In this document: positions 34,601 to 50,800 of the stretch, piece after piece | Position numbering within the stretch: position 1 is the stretch's first letter | Layout of the letters: the number at the start of each line of letters is the position of its first letter | Assembly: GCA_030704615.1 (NCBI GenBank) | Contig: CM060733.1 | Span: 46,252,001-46,316,000, forward strand | From: Takakia lepidozioides | Lineage: Eukaryota > Plantae > Bryophyta | Direction: 5' to 3' | Length of the DNA: 64,000 nt | Program-made: the position numbers and the translations under genes | Notes under the pieces: generated by a model | What the model saw: the letters and a program-made list of their open reading frames with translations, nothing else | Told to the model about the DNA's origin: nothing | Databases searched by the model: none

Positions 34601-37600
34601 CCCACAATTTCACCATATCAACAAGTGAGAAACATCAGGAAGCAGAACACACTCGCTTAAATCATGCACAAATCCGTGTAATAATCCCAAAAGGAATTAC
34701 CTCTACAGCACCTAAGGTAAATCGCACCTTCTGGTGCGTAGAATAAGTTCCTCTGTTTCCCTTATTGCATCCTCTGTCATAACAGGATTCTCCTGCAGGA
34801 TCCCCCCAGAATGTCAATCATAAAAACAGCACATGAATCAGATGCTCTCCTGCAAGTGCGTTGATACAAACGTATGCATGTGAGAAGGTATGCATGCTCT
34901 ATTTGAGTATCTGACTGCAGCATAAAGAACCCATTACTGGTAAAGCAAAGAATTGAGAGAGTGAAATGAGGAAACCGGCATGACCAGTACCTGCATGACT
35001 GAAAGAGGGAGGCACAACTCCACACACCTGAGTTAAGGGGGAGTAAACAGGCTCCCCTGTCTCTAGCATTCTGAGGTCAGCTGCCGGGCGGTCTGCTCCG
35101 AGCCTGAGGGTCACATCCCCATTCTTCAGCTTCGCAAACACTGGTACCGGACACATCAAGGGAGGGGTTGATAAGCCACATTGCTGAGATACCACTCCTC
35201 TACATCCATTCAGAGCATCCAAAGACGCCAATGCTGCAGTCCTGCGCTTACGCCTTGCTATGCAGCAATTCAATAGTTGCATTTGTTGGTGTAAGAGACA
35301 GTAGCGCAGATCAGGAATTGCATCGACTGGCATGCGAGATATGGATTGACCTTCTGCCCATCGTCGCCTTAGCTGTATTCATGGGACCACACTCAGTCAA
35401 CTGTTCTGACATAAGGTCAATGATGATCACTGCAATACAGACTTTCAAGTTTGTGCCACAACTCTGGCATTCCTCCAGATTTTTAGTTTAAAACATGCTT
35501 ATCCAGAGGAACTATGTAATCTTGAAAGTGTAACACTGGCACCTGATTCTTAGGAAACTACAAAAGAATAATTGAACAGCTAATCTACTTGTCCAAGAGA
35601 AAAACACACATCTGCAACAAGTAGATTGTGAGAAACAGCAGCTTCCTGGATTGGTCTGAACCTACTGCCATCTGTAGGGAAACTCAATGATATCCACCCA
35701 AGACAGACCAAAGAGATCCGGAAATAAAAAAGTTGAATAAACTCTTGCAGCAGTACAGAAATTCCATGTGTACATACCCCTTTGATCACTTCTAACCAGA
35801 ACTCAGCCATCTTCTGCTCTGTCTTTATCCCTGCCATAATTTCCGCAAGCTGTGCAACAAAGCACTCAGGCGGAGCTCCATGAACCTCTTCTGGAAGCTT
35901 TGGGCCACCCGATGGAGAAAATTTGTTCCTCTCCCTCTCCTCATGCTGGGTGTCTGCAGACCGTACATGTTCTTTGTGAGCATGTCCCTGTGTTGGAGTT
36001 GCATGCACACCCTCTAGCTAAATATATAATAGGTAAGAGTGAAGTTGCTCACATGAACCTCCTACTAGTCACCAGAACAATAAGTCCTTAACACATCCTT
36101 GAAATCCTTGGAACGAAAAAAGAGCATCATTCAGATTCCATTGGTAGTCCAAATAGTCATTTTATGTCTCCAAATGAATAAAAAACCTCAGTATGCAGTG
36201 AAGGTGTCCAAGAGAAAGACGAAAGGTCTCTCTACTTTGACTACAATGATGAGAGCTTGGTGATACGACAAAAATCCACAAAGAATGAGGAGATTAATAT
36301 ACCTGCATCAAAGAGGGACCATAGCAGAGTATGGTATGCACCAGTGCTGGGGGTCTTTGGGGTCTTCACCTTGCCATCCTTGTCACGTGTGCTCAGCCTT
36401 TTCATGGCAGCAAAGCCTGAAACTAAGCCCGACCAATCCCCACTATTTGAGAGGTTTTCCCTGTCCAAAGTTCGGCCACCCTGATACGCCAGCTCTCGCA
36501 TACGTTTCACTGATCTTCCCACCCTGTATCATAAGATCGCCCATCCCAGTAGACATGGGTCCTCAGTACAGTGCTCGTTGACATACTCTAACCCAATAAA
36601 CCATTGCAGCTCTGCACGCAGGAAGTGTGTAAGACCTTAGATGTAACAGCAATTTGAGGCCTATGGAATACATGTGTACACAAAATTGTCCATTCAAATT
36701 AAGATCACGTTGAAGCCAGGCAACACCACAGTTGTGCTCTATTGGTTGAGCTCATTTTCCAGACCCAGCTTTTAGTCTGAATAGGCCTGATGCTCAAAAA
36801 GTAAAGCTTGTGCATGGTAAAACAGGGTTAGGGAGCCCTGGAAGCCACAGGTTGAACCAAATCTGGGGCAACCTAGCTAAATCATTTGCTAAGTTAATTG
36901 TTCCTGGAATCACCCTCTGTAAAGGCGTGCTGACTCACTAAAGGACCTTAATCAAAAGCGAAACCACGACACTTACTCGATGGCTGCAGCAAGCCGCCGA
37001 ACAATCATTGATGGAGGAATAGCAACCACAGAAAAAGCTTCTTTGTATGCCTCCTCTTCCACGGGATCCTTCCTCAGACTCTGCACCCCCAACTTTACGT
37101 TACAGATCCTGATTTAAAGTGTGATCGAGAACAGACAACCAGACAACTAGTCTGGGTGTGTGATCTCTGTCATGAACTGTCATTTACAAATTCCATCTCA
37201 CAGAAACCGTCGACTTAAATGGTCATCAAACTCCCAGAATGTTACTGTAGCCCACATATTCACAGGTATTGTAGAAAATAGAACATGTCAGGATTTCGCA
37301 GCAGCAGCGAGTAGAACTTGGATTACCTCAGCTCCAATGCCACCTCTCTCTGCAATAGATCCATGATTAAAACTTGAGTTATTCACACCAATATCGGCTT
37401 CTGCATCTATGACCTTCTGCCTTATGCAATTCACAGCAATGAAGTAGCGTCGCCAAAACTCCTGCTCCTTCATTTTCTTTGGTACATATTGAAACCGAAG
37501 GTTTCTCAACTCTTCATCATACTGCAAGAAGAAAAGGGGGGAATGCTTAATGAGTAACAACATCAAACGCACTAAGTGAGGTTGGGTGATACAAGGGAAC

Positions 37601-39830
37601 CTATACCAGTACTACTCTTACAACGACATATGTGTTGAGAGCTGTTCATCCAGAGTGGATTGTGAATCAGCCTGCAACTCCACTGTAGGTTTCAAACTAT
37701 AATTCCTTGTGCTACCAGCAAAGGCCATTTAGATGGGAAGGTTAGACCCAACTGGCAAGCTGCTTATGAGCTACACACATTCTAGGAGACTCTACAAATC
37801 TGCTGGCAGAGTGATCCTGCATATTCCACAACGTAAACTGCAAAATCCATTGAAGAGTGGCCCAAAAGACAGGGTCTTCTGTGCATTCACTCTAAAATGC
37901 CTGAGAAAATATGACATAGGTCATGCATAAGGCTGTTTTCTACCAATTGTTACCTCCAGGATGGTTCCTGCAGATGCCATGGCCATGCACATGTCAACAA
38001 CCTGCCCTTCATCATACACCTTCCCTAGAAAATCCTCTGGCCTCTGCAAGTCAGAAACACTTGTGAGAAGACAACTTGATGGCTCTTGATGTACCAATCA
38101 CCTGACGTAACTTGTGGAAAATTCTTTCAACACAGCAACTGTATGTACCATGGCTGCATGAACCCCTGCTCTCACACACAAGCTATTGTCAGCATGAGAT
38201 CTAACCCTTCAGAATTTCAGTGCTGATGAGATGTAGAAACAAGATATGCTTGCAAGTGTGATATGGTCGAAGCCAAAGATCCACGTGATGACGGACAGAG
38301 ATCGTCCCAACATCCACCCAAGGCAGCTCCCTTGCAGTTTTAGTCACCAGCATATTTTTAAAGGCATAACACATCTATATTGTACTTTGACAGAGGGACA
38401 ATCCTGCAAAGTGCCTGAATCCTAAAGAGTTGCTGACCTTGGATACTTCAAGGATCTGTTTCTTGAACTCTGCTTCAAGCCGCTTTTCATCTTCATTTTT
38501 GGCAGCCCAAGGGAGCTCTCCTTTTCCCTCACCATCTGCAAATCAATTTCAGTAAAGATGAATGGTTTTCTTGAAAGCGAAAACTATACCTAAGTCTGAA
38601 TTTTGTATGCACTTCCCGTGATTCTCCACAGCAGGTAGGTGAATGAAATGAGTTTCCAGGAACATGATCAAGTTTCCTTTGCAGGCAGAATAACCTTGAT
38701 CAGATAAGGACCTCCACTGACACTATTTCCAATTCAAGATGACAGCAGGTGTTGCAAGCACTCAATTTTTGGTTGTCGTTCTCCAGTTTTTGCTACCATG
38801 GAGTCATGCAACTTCTGTATAAGGTGATTTCTTAAGCAGGAAAGTCTTCCTCCAATGGCCTGAACAGAGAGAACAATCTTGTTCAGATAGGGACCACCCA
38901 TTACCACCCTCCTCAAAAACAAGATGATTGCAGGTGTCTCACTGTAGATGTATTTTCCACCGACTCGAGTAAAACCCTCTGGGTTAGCAGGCCTTCCAAA
39001 ATCTGCCTTGATATCTGCCTTTATCTCTGTCAGCACTCGCTCTGCTTTGGCTGCTGCTGCCTGCAATGCTGTTACAGGATCATCTGTGCTTTAGTGGTGT
39101 ATGGCTTTACCAACAATTGACAGTATAGGCACCTGTGTCCTGGGTGCTCACACACAAGCCCTACTGCTTCGCTTTCATAAGAAATTCATCCTCATCAGCA
39201 ATGGTGACCAAGGAACAATCATAACCCAAACACATTCAACTGGACTCAGTAAGTAGCATTGTTACAATTGTTCAACTGACAGGAACTTGAGTTTGCCAAT
39301 CCCCCAGTGATGCAACTTGTTATCTTATCTGATCAGAATATACTCTTAAAACTGACACCAGCTGTAAAGACTGGCTCACTTGGAGATTGTTGGAGAAGGA
39401 GATAGGCAACTAGAAAAGGTAACAAGTGAGAGACTGAAGACTCAGGGACTCTAAAAATTTGGTTTTCATAGGCTCAATGGACAAATCAGACAGCTGAGAA
39501 TGCTGTTGCGAGTGCACTTGGTCATAAGCCACCGCTATACAGAAGACTAGGAACCAATTTGCACATTCTACCTGGAGTCTGCCATACCTTCGACATGTTT
39601 GCTCACTAAAAATTGACACCTGCTTAAGCATCCAGCCGTGGACAATTAAACAAGTTCATCGGTTGAATTGTTGCTCTGGATCATCCTTAACACAGGACAT
39701 ACGGAATCCACACATGGCTCTACTAAGCTAGTCGAATTAGGGCAGTTGCCAACGAGGGTGAAAAGAATTGGAAGGTGCAAGGAAAGAATTGAACACCTGT
39801 CTTTGCTTTCGATACCAAGGATGATTCCAT
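31643..39830 (-). CDS. Rab3 GTPase-activating protein catalytic subunit-like protein (At5g55060-like) with an N-terminal BSD domain, about 16 exons
   Basis: MESSLVSKAKT|ALQAAAAKAERVLTEIK, IPPSMIVRRLAAAIE, EVHGAPPECFV, PDLRYCLLHQQMQLLNCCI, PVYSPLTQ|ENPVMTED, LLSDMQAFK|AANPGCILEDFVRWYSP.DW (Rab3GAP catalytic signature), PAVKQAPLFDEELA and C-terminal GEWTLV*. The exon 2 donor is not resolved. Confidence 0.9.
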
Positions 39831-42800
39831 CAGTTGCAACGGGGACGCCAGAAACTGAAAATAGTCGACTTCAATTCAAGGCGTAGTCACGGTGAAGTTA
39901 GCGCGAAAGAAGGATCACAGAATGCCGCTTAGCGTACAGAAAACGTAGAATATGAGATTGCAAAGCGCGCATTGGCATAAGAGAGACCTAGCCAAGTAGA
40001 TCCAACGATGTCCAGTCTGGGGAGTAGTGAACCAGAATCATAAATATCACCGCAGCTCATACCAAATGGCGGGGAGACAGGAAAAGAAGGCCAAGGGTTT
40101 CAAGCGGGAGCACGAAAGAGAGACGAAGAGCGACCGTACTACCCGCACCGAAGAAGAGCCAGAGAAAAAGATGATGAAGACAGGTCTGGAGAGGGACAGA
40201 GGAGGGGGCCACGACGGGCAAAAAATGGTAAAGCAAGCGTGATAAAAACAGAACCGTATGTAAGGTCAGAATGAAACTGGATGAGGTACACCAGCGGAGT
40301 GCGGGCCCCACACACTCTGCGCAAAATATGCAGCGGCAGGATCCACCATCGATCAGCGCAGGTGCGAGACGACCTGGCTATCCCGCCTCCCGCGCCTCTC
40401 TGTTCCTCGCCACATTTCGCCGCACTGTAACTTATTATTACTTCGAGATAATCCGACACACAAGTTATGCTTGGGCCTGCCAACCACAAATTTTCTACTC
40501 TTTCATGCGTCCCGAAGAATGCCGAGGCTTCAGTGTGGAGCAGAATCGAGCAAGGGATTGTTGACTTGTGCAGAATGAAAGGATTATTCGTGAGATGCAA
40601 ATTCCCTAACAAGATATTCTAGAATCTCTCGAGCACACCGAATAGGCTATGTATAGAATGTAATTTCAAATCGTGGCATCATCTCCCATGTCGGGCTTTT
40701 CTCTACGCTCGAGGTTGACGTGCATAACTTGAATGTGAATGCTCCCCCTCTCGCCATCTTTCCTTTGTTGGACAATCAATTTCGAAGCGCTGTTCCACCT
40801 TTCAAATCAGCACTCTTATCACAACCTTAAGTAGTTATTGAACCTTGAGAGAGAGAGAGAGAGAGTACATCGACAGGAACAGGAAGTGTACAAACGCATC
40901 ACAGCTTCAATCCATCGTTCCGTACATTACAATTCTACGAGAAACAGAGAGATGAGGGTGCCATGCTGCAATGCTTCAACTTACTGACCTTCCGTCGCTG
41001 GATTTCGTAGCTCTGCTCCGGGCAGTTATGGCTTACGGCCCTCTGCCCAGGGAATTTTCGTGATCCGGGCAGGGGCAGGGAAATTTTCTACCACTGCTTT
41101 ACTACAGGAAAAATTCTCATTTTCCTGGATTTTCTCGAATCAAATACTGGAGAAATAAATAAGAATTAAGTAAGAATTCTGGAATACTGGAGAATTTTAG
41201 TAAGAATTTTAGCTCGTAGGTACATAAGTCTCTTTCTCAGACCAACCCTGGAGGACTTCCCGGCCGGGTATGTATTCGGATGTGGAGGGGTCGGTAATAT
41301 TACTGAACATATTTGAAGTCACATGTAAAGCTGATCTTGGGACCAAAATGTAACGTGGCCGAAGTCATTGTGGGCGGCTTAACCCTCTCATTTCCTTGTT
41401 TGGATTGCGGCTGCACTCATTTGGCATGTTTTCCGGAGAATCATGGGTACCGATGAAACTCTCGGATTAGATCGGTGCCGACAGTCCAAATTCCCCCATA
41501 TCCACAAGTGAACAAGATTATTTTGAAATATTTTTCCGGGCTCGCCGAATAAGCTTGTCAAGCACCTTTTGCTGGAGCCCCCCCCCCCCCCCAACCATAA
41601 CCAACAGGGTGTGGGTGTTCCCTCTGGTTAAGAGGAGATTGGAGCACTCCTTTGAGTTCCCTTTGTGTTCCCATTCCGAATGGACCTTGGGGGATATTGC
41701 AGCAGGTAATCCTCCTCTAAAATGGCAGAAAATGCTGCGGTTCAGTCAGAGCAAGCCCGGCCTCTGAGGGTTGCTGGGTTGTGGTGGCAGGATGTCTCAT
41801 ACCAACTGCTTTCCTCAAGACTGGATCTTCCTCTTGCTCCGCCTCTCCCTCGCAAGTTCAGAAATTTGTGAACATACTGAGGATGGGATTGTCGCAAAAA
41901 CTAAAGAGAAGAATGGGTTAAATTTGCCGAAAATACGAACTGCCACACACAAGTTAGAATAGAATCAATTCTAAGGGGACTATCTAGTCGCTCAGAAGAT
42001 AATTTTTGATGTGCGATCCAAAAAGTTCCATCACTGTGGATGCCCATTTGATAAATGTGTGTGTGCCAACCTCCAGACCTGATGACATCTGTTAGCACCA
42101 TGGCAGCCACACTCCACTGCTTACGGTCCTGTGCTGGCAAGACTCAGCAAACCATACTATCCTCTGTTCAGCTTGGTTGTAACTAGCCTAGGGTAACGGC
42201 TTACAATAGCACCCTGGGCTGGCTGCTGCAATGCACCCACCTCAACACAGGGAACAACACCCCAATAGTTGGTCCTCTGTAGCCCACACAACACACATGC
42301 TTGTGTTGGAGTGCAAAGAGTTAGTGGGATGGTGGCCACTGTGTGGGCAGTTCTGGGTTGAGGTCCACATAATCTATGTTGGCGATAACACATACTGCAT
42401 CAAGTTTGGGACAGGGCAGCAGACATTTTCCTCCCTTAAAGGAGTTGGACAGAGTAGGAAAGGCTGGGAAAGGTAGTGAGGGAGGACGCGGGCGACAGGA
42501 ATAAGGCAGAACAGGCAGAATAAGCAGAATAAGCGAATAAGGCTGCTAAACATAACGGAAACCCCACTCCCTAGAGGGACTCTCTTACAAAGTAAAGCTG
42601 ATTCTGGCAGTGCAGATTTTCTCCAAATCTGTCTTTACAGTAGAGGGAAGGAAAAGAATAGAAATGGCCTTTGGGCCATAAAGCCCTTAGGTGGTCCGCT
42701 TCTTCCAGAGAATATAAATTCTAAGAGGGCACCTGTTAAAATTATCTTAAATGGAACTGGAAAGTCTATGATTTATTAGCAAAATTTATGACTCAACTCG

Positions 42801-42896
42801 GGCAAAACACTGCATGCCAATCATCCTTCCTAAATTCATAAACTCTCTCAAAGACAAAGAATTATGAAAGATAACTTCACCTCCTCAAGAAGCTAT

Positions 42897-46671
<3,775 letters not shown>

Positions 46672-47109
46672 CTCCCACCTCCCCTCCCTCTCCCTCTCCC
46701 TCTCCCTCTCTCCCTCCCTCGCTCGGTGACAACTGAGACCAAAGCAAGCACAGTGTCATTGCTCACTGGATTTTGTTTGGATAACACCCACCCTCATCCA
46801 TGTGGAAATGCTTCTGTGGATGAATAATACTTTGTGACTGCTGCTTTTCCTCTTGGCCTAGGAGCTTCTTGGTCTATAAGGTCTTCTTGTGGTCTTCTGT
46901 CTTCTCCTTCATGGTGCTTTGCCTCTTGACCCTGGTTTTCAACCTTGCATAGCAATTCCATGGAGAGTTCACAATTGCAGGAGCTTGCTTCTTACTGCAC
47001 TTCACTGACACCAGGAAATTGATGGTGTGAGGAGCGCTAACCTCGCACCCCAGAAACCTGACGTGTGGGAGTAGGATACTTCTTTGATGGGACGAGCTTA
47101 GACTGCATA

Positions 47110-47307
47110 TCCCAAGCACTCATAAGTTTTTCTCTCATAATCGCAAATGTGATAGTACACTTCTTGCACACATTCCAGAAGCACACTAGGAGTCCAGATC
47201 TTTATGTCCCAAGCACTCATATGTTTTTCTCTCATGATCTGTTAAACTTCAAAGCAAATGTGATAGTAGACTTCTTGCACACATTCGAGAAGCACACTAG
47301 GAGTCCA
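47110..47307. repeat. Two-copy ~97-bp tandem duplication between DRP3 and HEMC
   Basis: tcccaagcactcata.gtttttctctcat...gcaaatgtgatagta.acttcttgcacacattc.agaagcacactaggagtcca starts at 47110 and 47207. Confidence 0.85.
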
Positions 47308-47821
47308 CATCATAGCTTTTGCGGTGGAGCTCAAAGATCAGAAAGATTCTGAAAGTATGTTCATACGATCAGTATGTTCATATTAATGAGTCCACAACTC
47401 CGAGGTAATGACCCCGAGGATTCTCCAGGGCAAATGCAAGAGGAAAGAATGAACTGCATGGGGTTCAACTTGGTGACACAACATGTACAATTCCAAACCC
47501 CATAATACATCCTGAGCAGCAGGGCTACTCTCCAGCATGGACAGATGCCACTCAGCAAAAACAATTCATCCAGAGTCTCCAAATTCCCTCAGGTACAGTT
47601 TTGTTGTCATGGTTCAGTAGGGACAACAAAAAGGGAGATAGAAGGGCAATTGAGTGCAGAAACAAAGTTTCCAAACATCCTCTCCAGGAGTCTCCAACCC
47701 GCAACACAACCCCTTCCGGAGCTCTGTTGCAATAATCTTGTCAACTCGATGCCAATCCCAACCTTCCCTTCGCTGAGGTTGGAGAGCTGAGTTGTTGTGC
47801 CTCACGAGGCTCTCTTATCAG

Positions 47822-50800
47822 TCACCTATCAGTCTTATGGAGAGTTGGGTAGCCTGCACCTCCTGAAGCCCCTGCAGCAAGCCCATTACCGCTGGAACCC
47901 ATGACCACATTACCAACTGCTGCTTGGTCAAAGTGGAAAGGCCTCCTTGACTTGCTGGTCCTTGGAGAACCCATATAGCCAGAGCCTGGGGACTGGGGCA
48001 TCATCCCATTAAGTTCACCATTAGCCATGGGATAAAAGGCTGACGCAGCAGGTCCTTTGGCAGAAGGCGTGGGCAGCCCTATGGAATCCGTTAGCGAATG
48101 TGATGGTCGCGCTGGTGTCTCGTAGTCCAGGGGCAACTCTTCCAACGTCTGGCCACAAGTCCACAAACATCCACTACTCATACATTCTGCGAAGCATCTC
48201 TCTGCCTCTGTGTACCTCTGTTTTCCATCCACCAGGGCGCACACATGGGGTCTATGTTTTAAGTCTAGACAACCAAAGCCTCGTTGATAATGACATACCC
48301 ATTCCCACAAATCTTTCCCTCCAAGTCTCTCCAACCATGTGTGCATATGCCTGTGTAGGCGTAGCTCTTCCCCCATAAAAAGGACCATTATCTGACCTAC
48401 GTTAAATATATATCCACTTTTCCGTGTTCTGTCCATTAGGCAGCTGTTACTGTCTACCCCTGCCGCAATCACATTTAAGTCTCTTTGAACATAATAAATT
48501 GATTTTCCCCCCTTTTCTCTTCTTCCGGGGGCCACTGTGTAGAAGGTCATCCTGCACCTCTTGTGGCCCATACAGCAAAATTCCACTAGTCGTCCACACA
48601 AAGACATCTGAATGCCTGGCCCAAGACTTTCGTACTACTGGAAAGTAAGTTGGCACAAAAAAGACCCATCCTTGTGTTTGACGGTTTCCATCAAACAAAC
48701 AATGACCTAAAGATGTCCATTAACAAATTAGAGAACCAACCCATCCTACGAAAAGAGCCGCACAAGTGTGGCAGAGTGAGATCAAAAACGGGTTGTGTCC
48801 AATTCCTGCACCCAGAAAGCGAGAGCACTCTCAACCGTGTGCAGATAGAGTGGCATGTATGCCGTCCATCCACATATGTACTCTGTGGATGGCTCACGGA
48901 CAGGAAACACCTAGACCTTACATAGCCATGTATTCTGTCTGCATCCCACACACAATGTACATGCCATACATGTGTTTCAGGCCCCTCCCAAAAATGCTCA
49001 GTGAGCCTTCCCTCTTTTCTCAGTCTACAGCAAAAAGGCCTTTAGCATACAGCTGGCAGATTTGATGACCGTGTCAACGAGTTGATCAAAAAAACGGTTT
49101 TTGATTACTTGCCCAGCTCCAATATGTGGTAGTACCATTCATGAGATGTGCCTCAGAGCTCGATCTTTCTTGCACTAGCAATACTCTGGAAATACTAAGA
49201 AACCGATTGTAAGAAAATCATGCATGAACTCATTATCAAACAAACTCTTCCCCATTTAGGAGCTGACATGAGGGGCACTGAGGGAAACATGGGCAGAAAA
49301 TTGGAGCCTGTGTTTACATACCCAGGCAGCTTGTTGCAGGACACGAAGGATCTCTTTACAACGCTTCCGCTTGATGGCAACCTCTTCTCTCTCCTGCAGC
49401 ATCTCCTCAAACAAGTTTTCCCTGCACAAACCCACACCAGGTCATCAGATCCTGACTGTACCTCCAGAAGAATAAATTGAAACAGAAGCGAAAATAGACA
49501 TAATAAAGAAGGGAATGAAAACAGAGATAGTCACAAGGCTAAGTTGACTCTGGCTCAGAAGTGATATCCCAAATAAGAAACTGGAGGATGCCTATAGCGT
49601 TGCATCCAATCAGTTGATAAATATTTGAACTGCCAAAAGAACAGAACCAAGGTGGGAAATCACAATCAAGGACTTACCTGTACAGCTTTCGGATGAACAC
49701 ACTGTGCAGTTCTCGCTTTGCATGATTCACCTGATCCCAGCCCATTACCCTCATATCACAAATTCTGCCATGACTAGACGTCTAATAAGGTCTGGCTTGC
49801 TGACCGTGGCACCCAAACTCCAGCCCTTTGATGGCTTAACTTGGCACTTCATTCAAAAGATGGTAATACATGTGACTACAACACATGATGTATATATTCC
49901 TGAAAGGAGGCCTTAACATGCAAGTGCCAAATCTGATATGGGGACACAATAATTTCGATAGACTAGGATCACAAGATCTGCAAGGACATGCCACTGCTTA
50001 AATTAGGGTCCACCCGCTTACATTCCACCCATAAAGGCATCAGAGTTGTACAAAATTAGAAATTGCAGTACCACTCCATACATCAGTTATGATATTCTTA
50101 GCCTACATTAGTAATGCAACTTTAAAGACATGGGTGTTAAAGAAAATAGTCTATGGCTACAACTCAAAAACTGGGGAAGAGATAAGTTCAGCCTTGGTGG
50201 AGAAAAGCAGCACAACCAGCTGAAGAGGTGGCTATGTCCTCATAGGAACATCATATGCCAATGTTCATGGAAATGATGCAAGTACATGTGTAAATGAGAT
50301 TGTTCATTTAAGCCAAGCACTGAGGGTCTTCCAATTTACTATGCCAGTCTTGGAGGAGGAAAAGGATGCCAAACTATTCCTCAATCTCTCACATCATACA
50401 AGTACAGTCGCTCACCAGGAAATGCATGATGGCTTTCGGAACGGAATCCTGAATATTTTTGCGCACAATGTCATAGTAGGACTTGAGCAGCAGCCTAGTC
50501 ACAGAAATCTCTACCGTCTCTTGCTCCGATTGAGCATCAGTTGCCCTCAGCACCATTGGCGGCTGTACCACAGTCACCAGCAGCCCATATTAGCATTGCA
50601 ATTCTCTGAAACTTGGTCACTTATCAAGTTGAGGCTCTACTGGTGGTCCGCTCCAGTATATCATGTGACCACCGGCCCCATGTAAATGCTTTAACTTGTT
50701 CCATTACTTATATGGCCATAGTATCACATAGATTAGGTATGACACTACTTGTTGGTGACAAGAGAACCTAAAACTCAAACCCGACATTAGATAACAAGTC

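Noticed and set aside
40847-40868. GAGAGAGAGTACA resembling miR529
   Set aside because: It is a (GA)n microsatellite with no complementary hairpin arm.
41030-42560. Repeat-like intergenic sequence with a CAGTGGTAGAAAA-type end (reverse complement near 41095)
   Set aside because: No matching second end, TSD or identifiable protein; probably TE debris.
48150-48607. In-frame intronic extension making the 261-aa ORF at the DRP3 3' end
   Set aside because: The true exon starts at ggccag|ACG (TLEELP). The upstream part is intronic with no homology evident.
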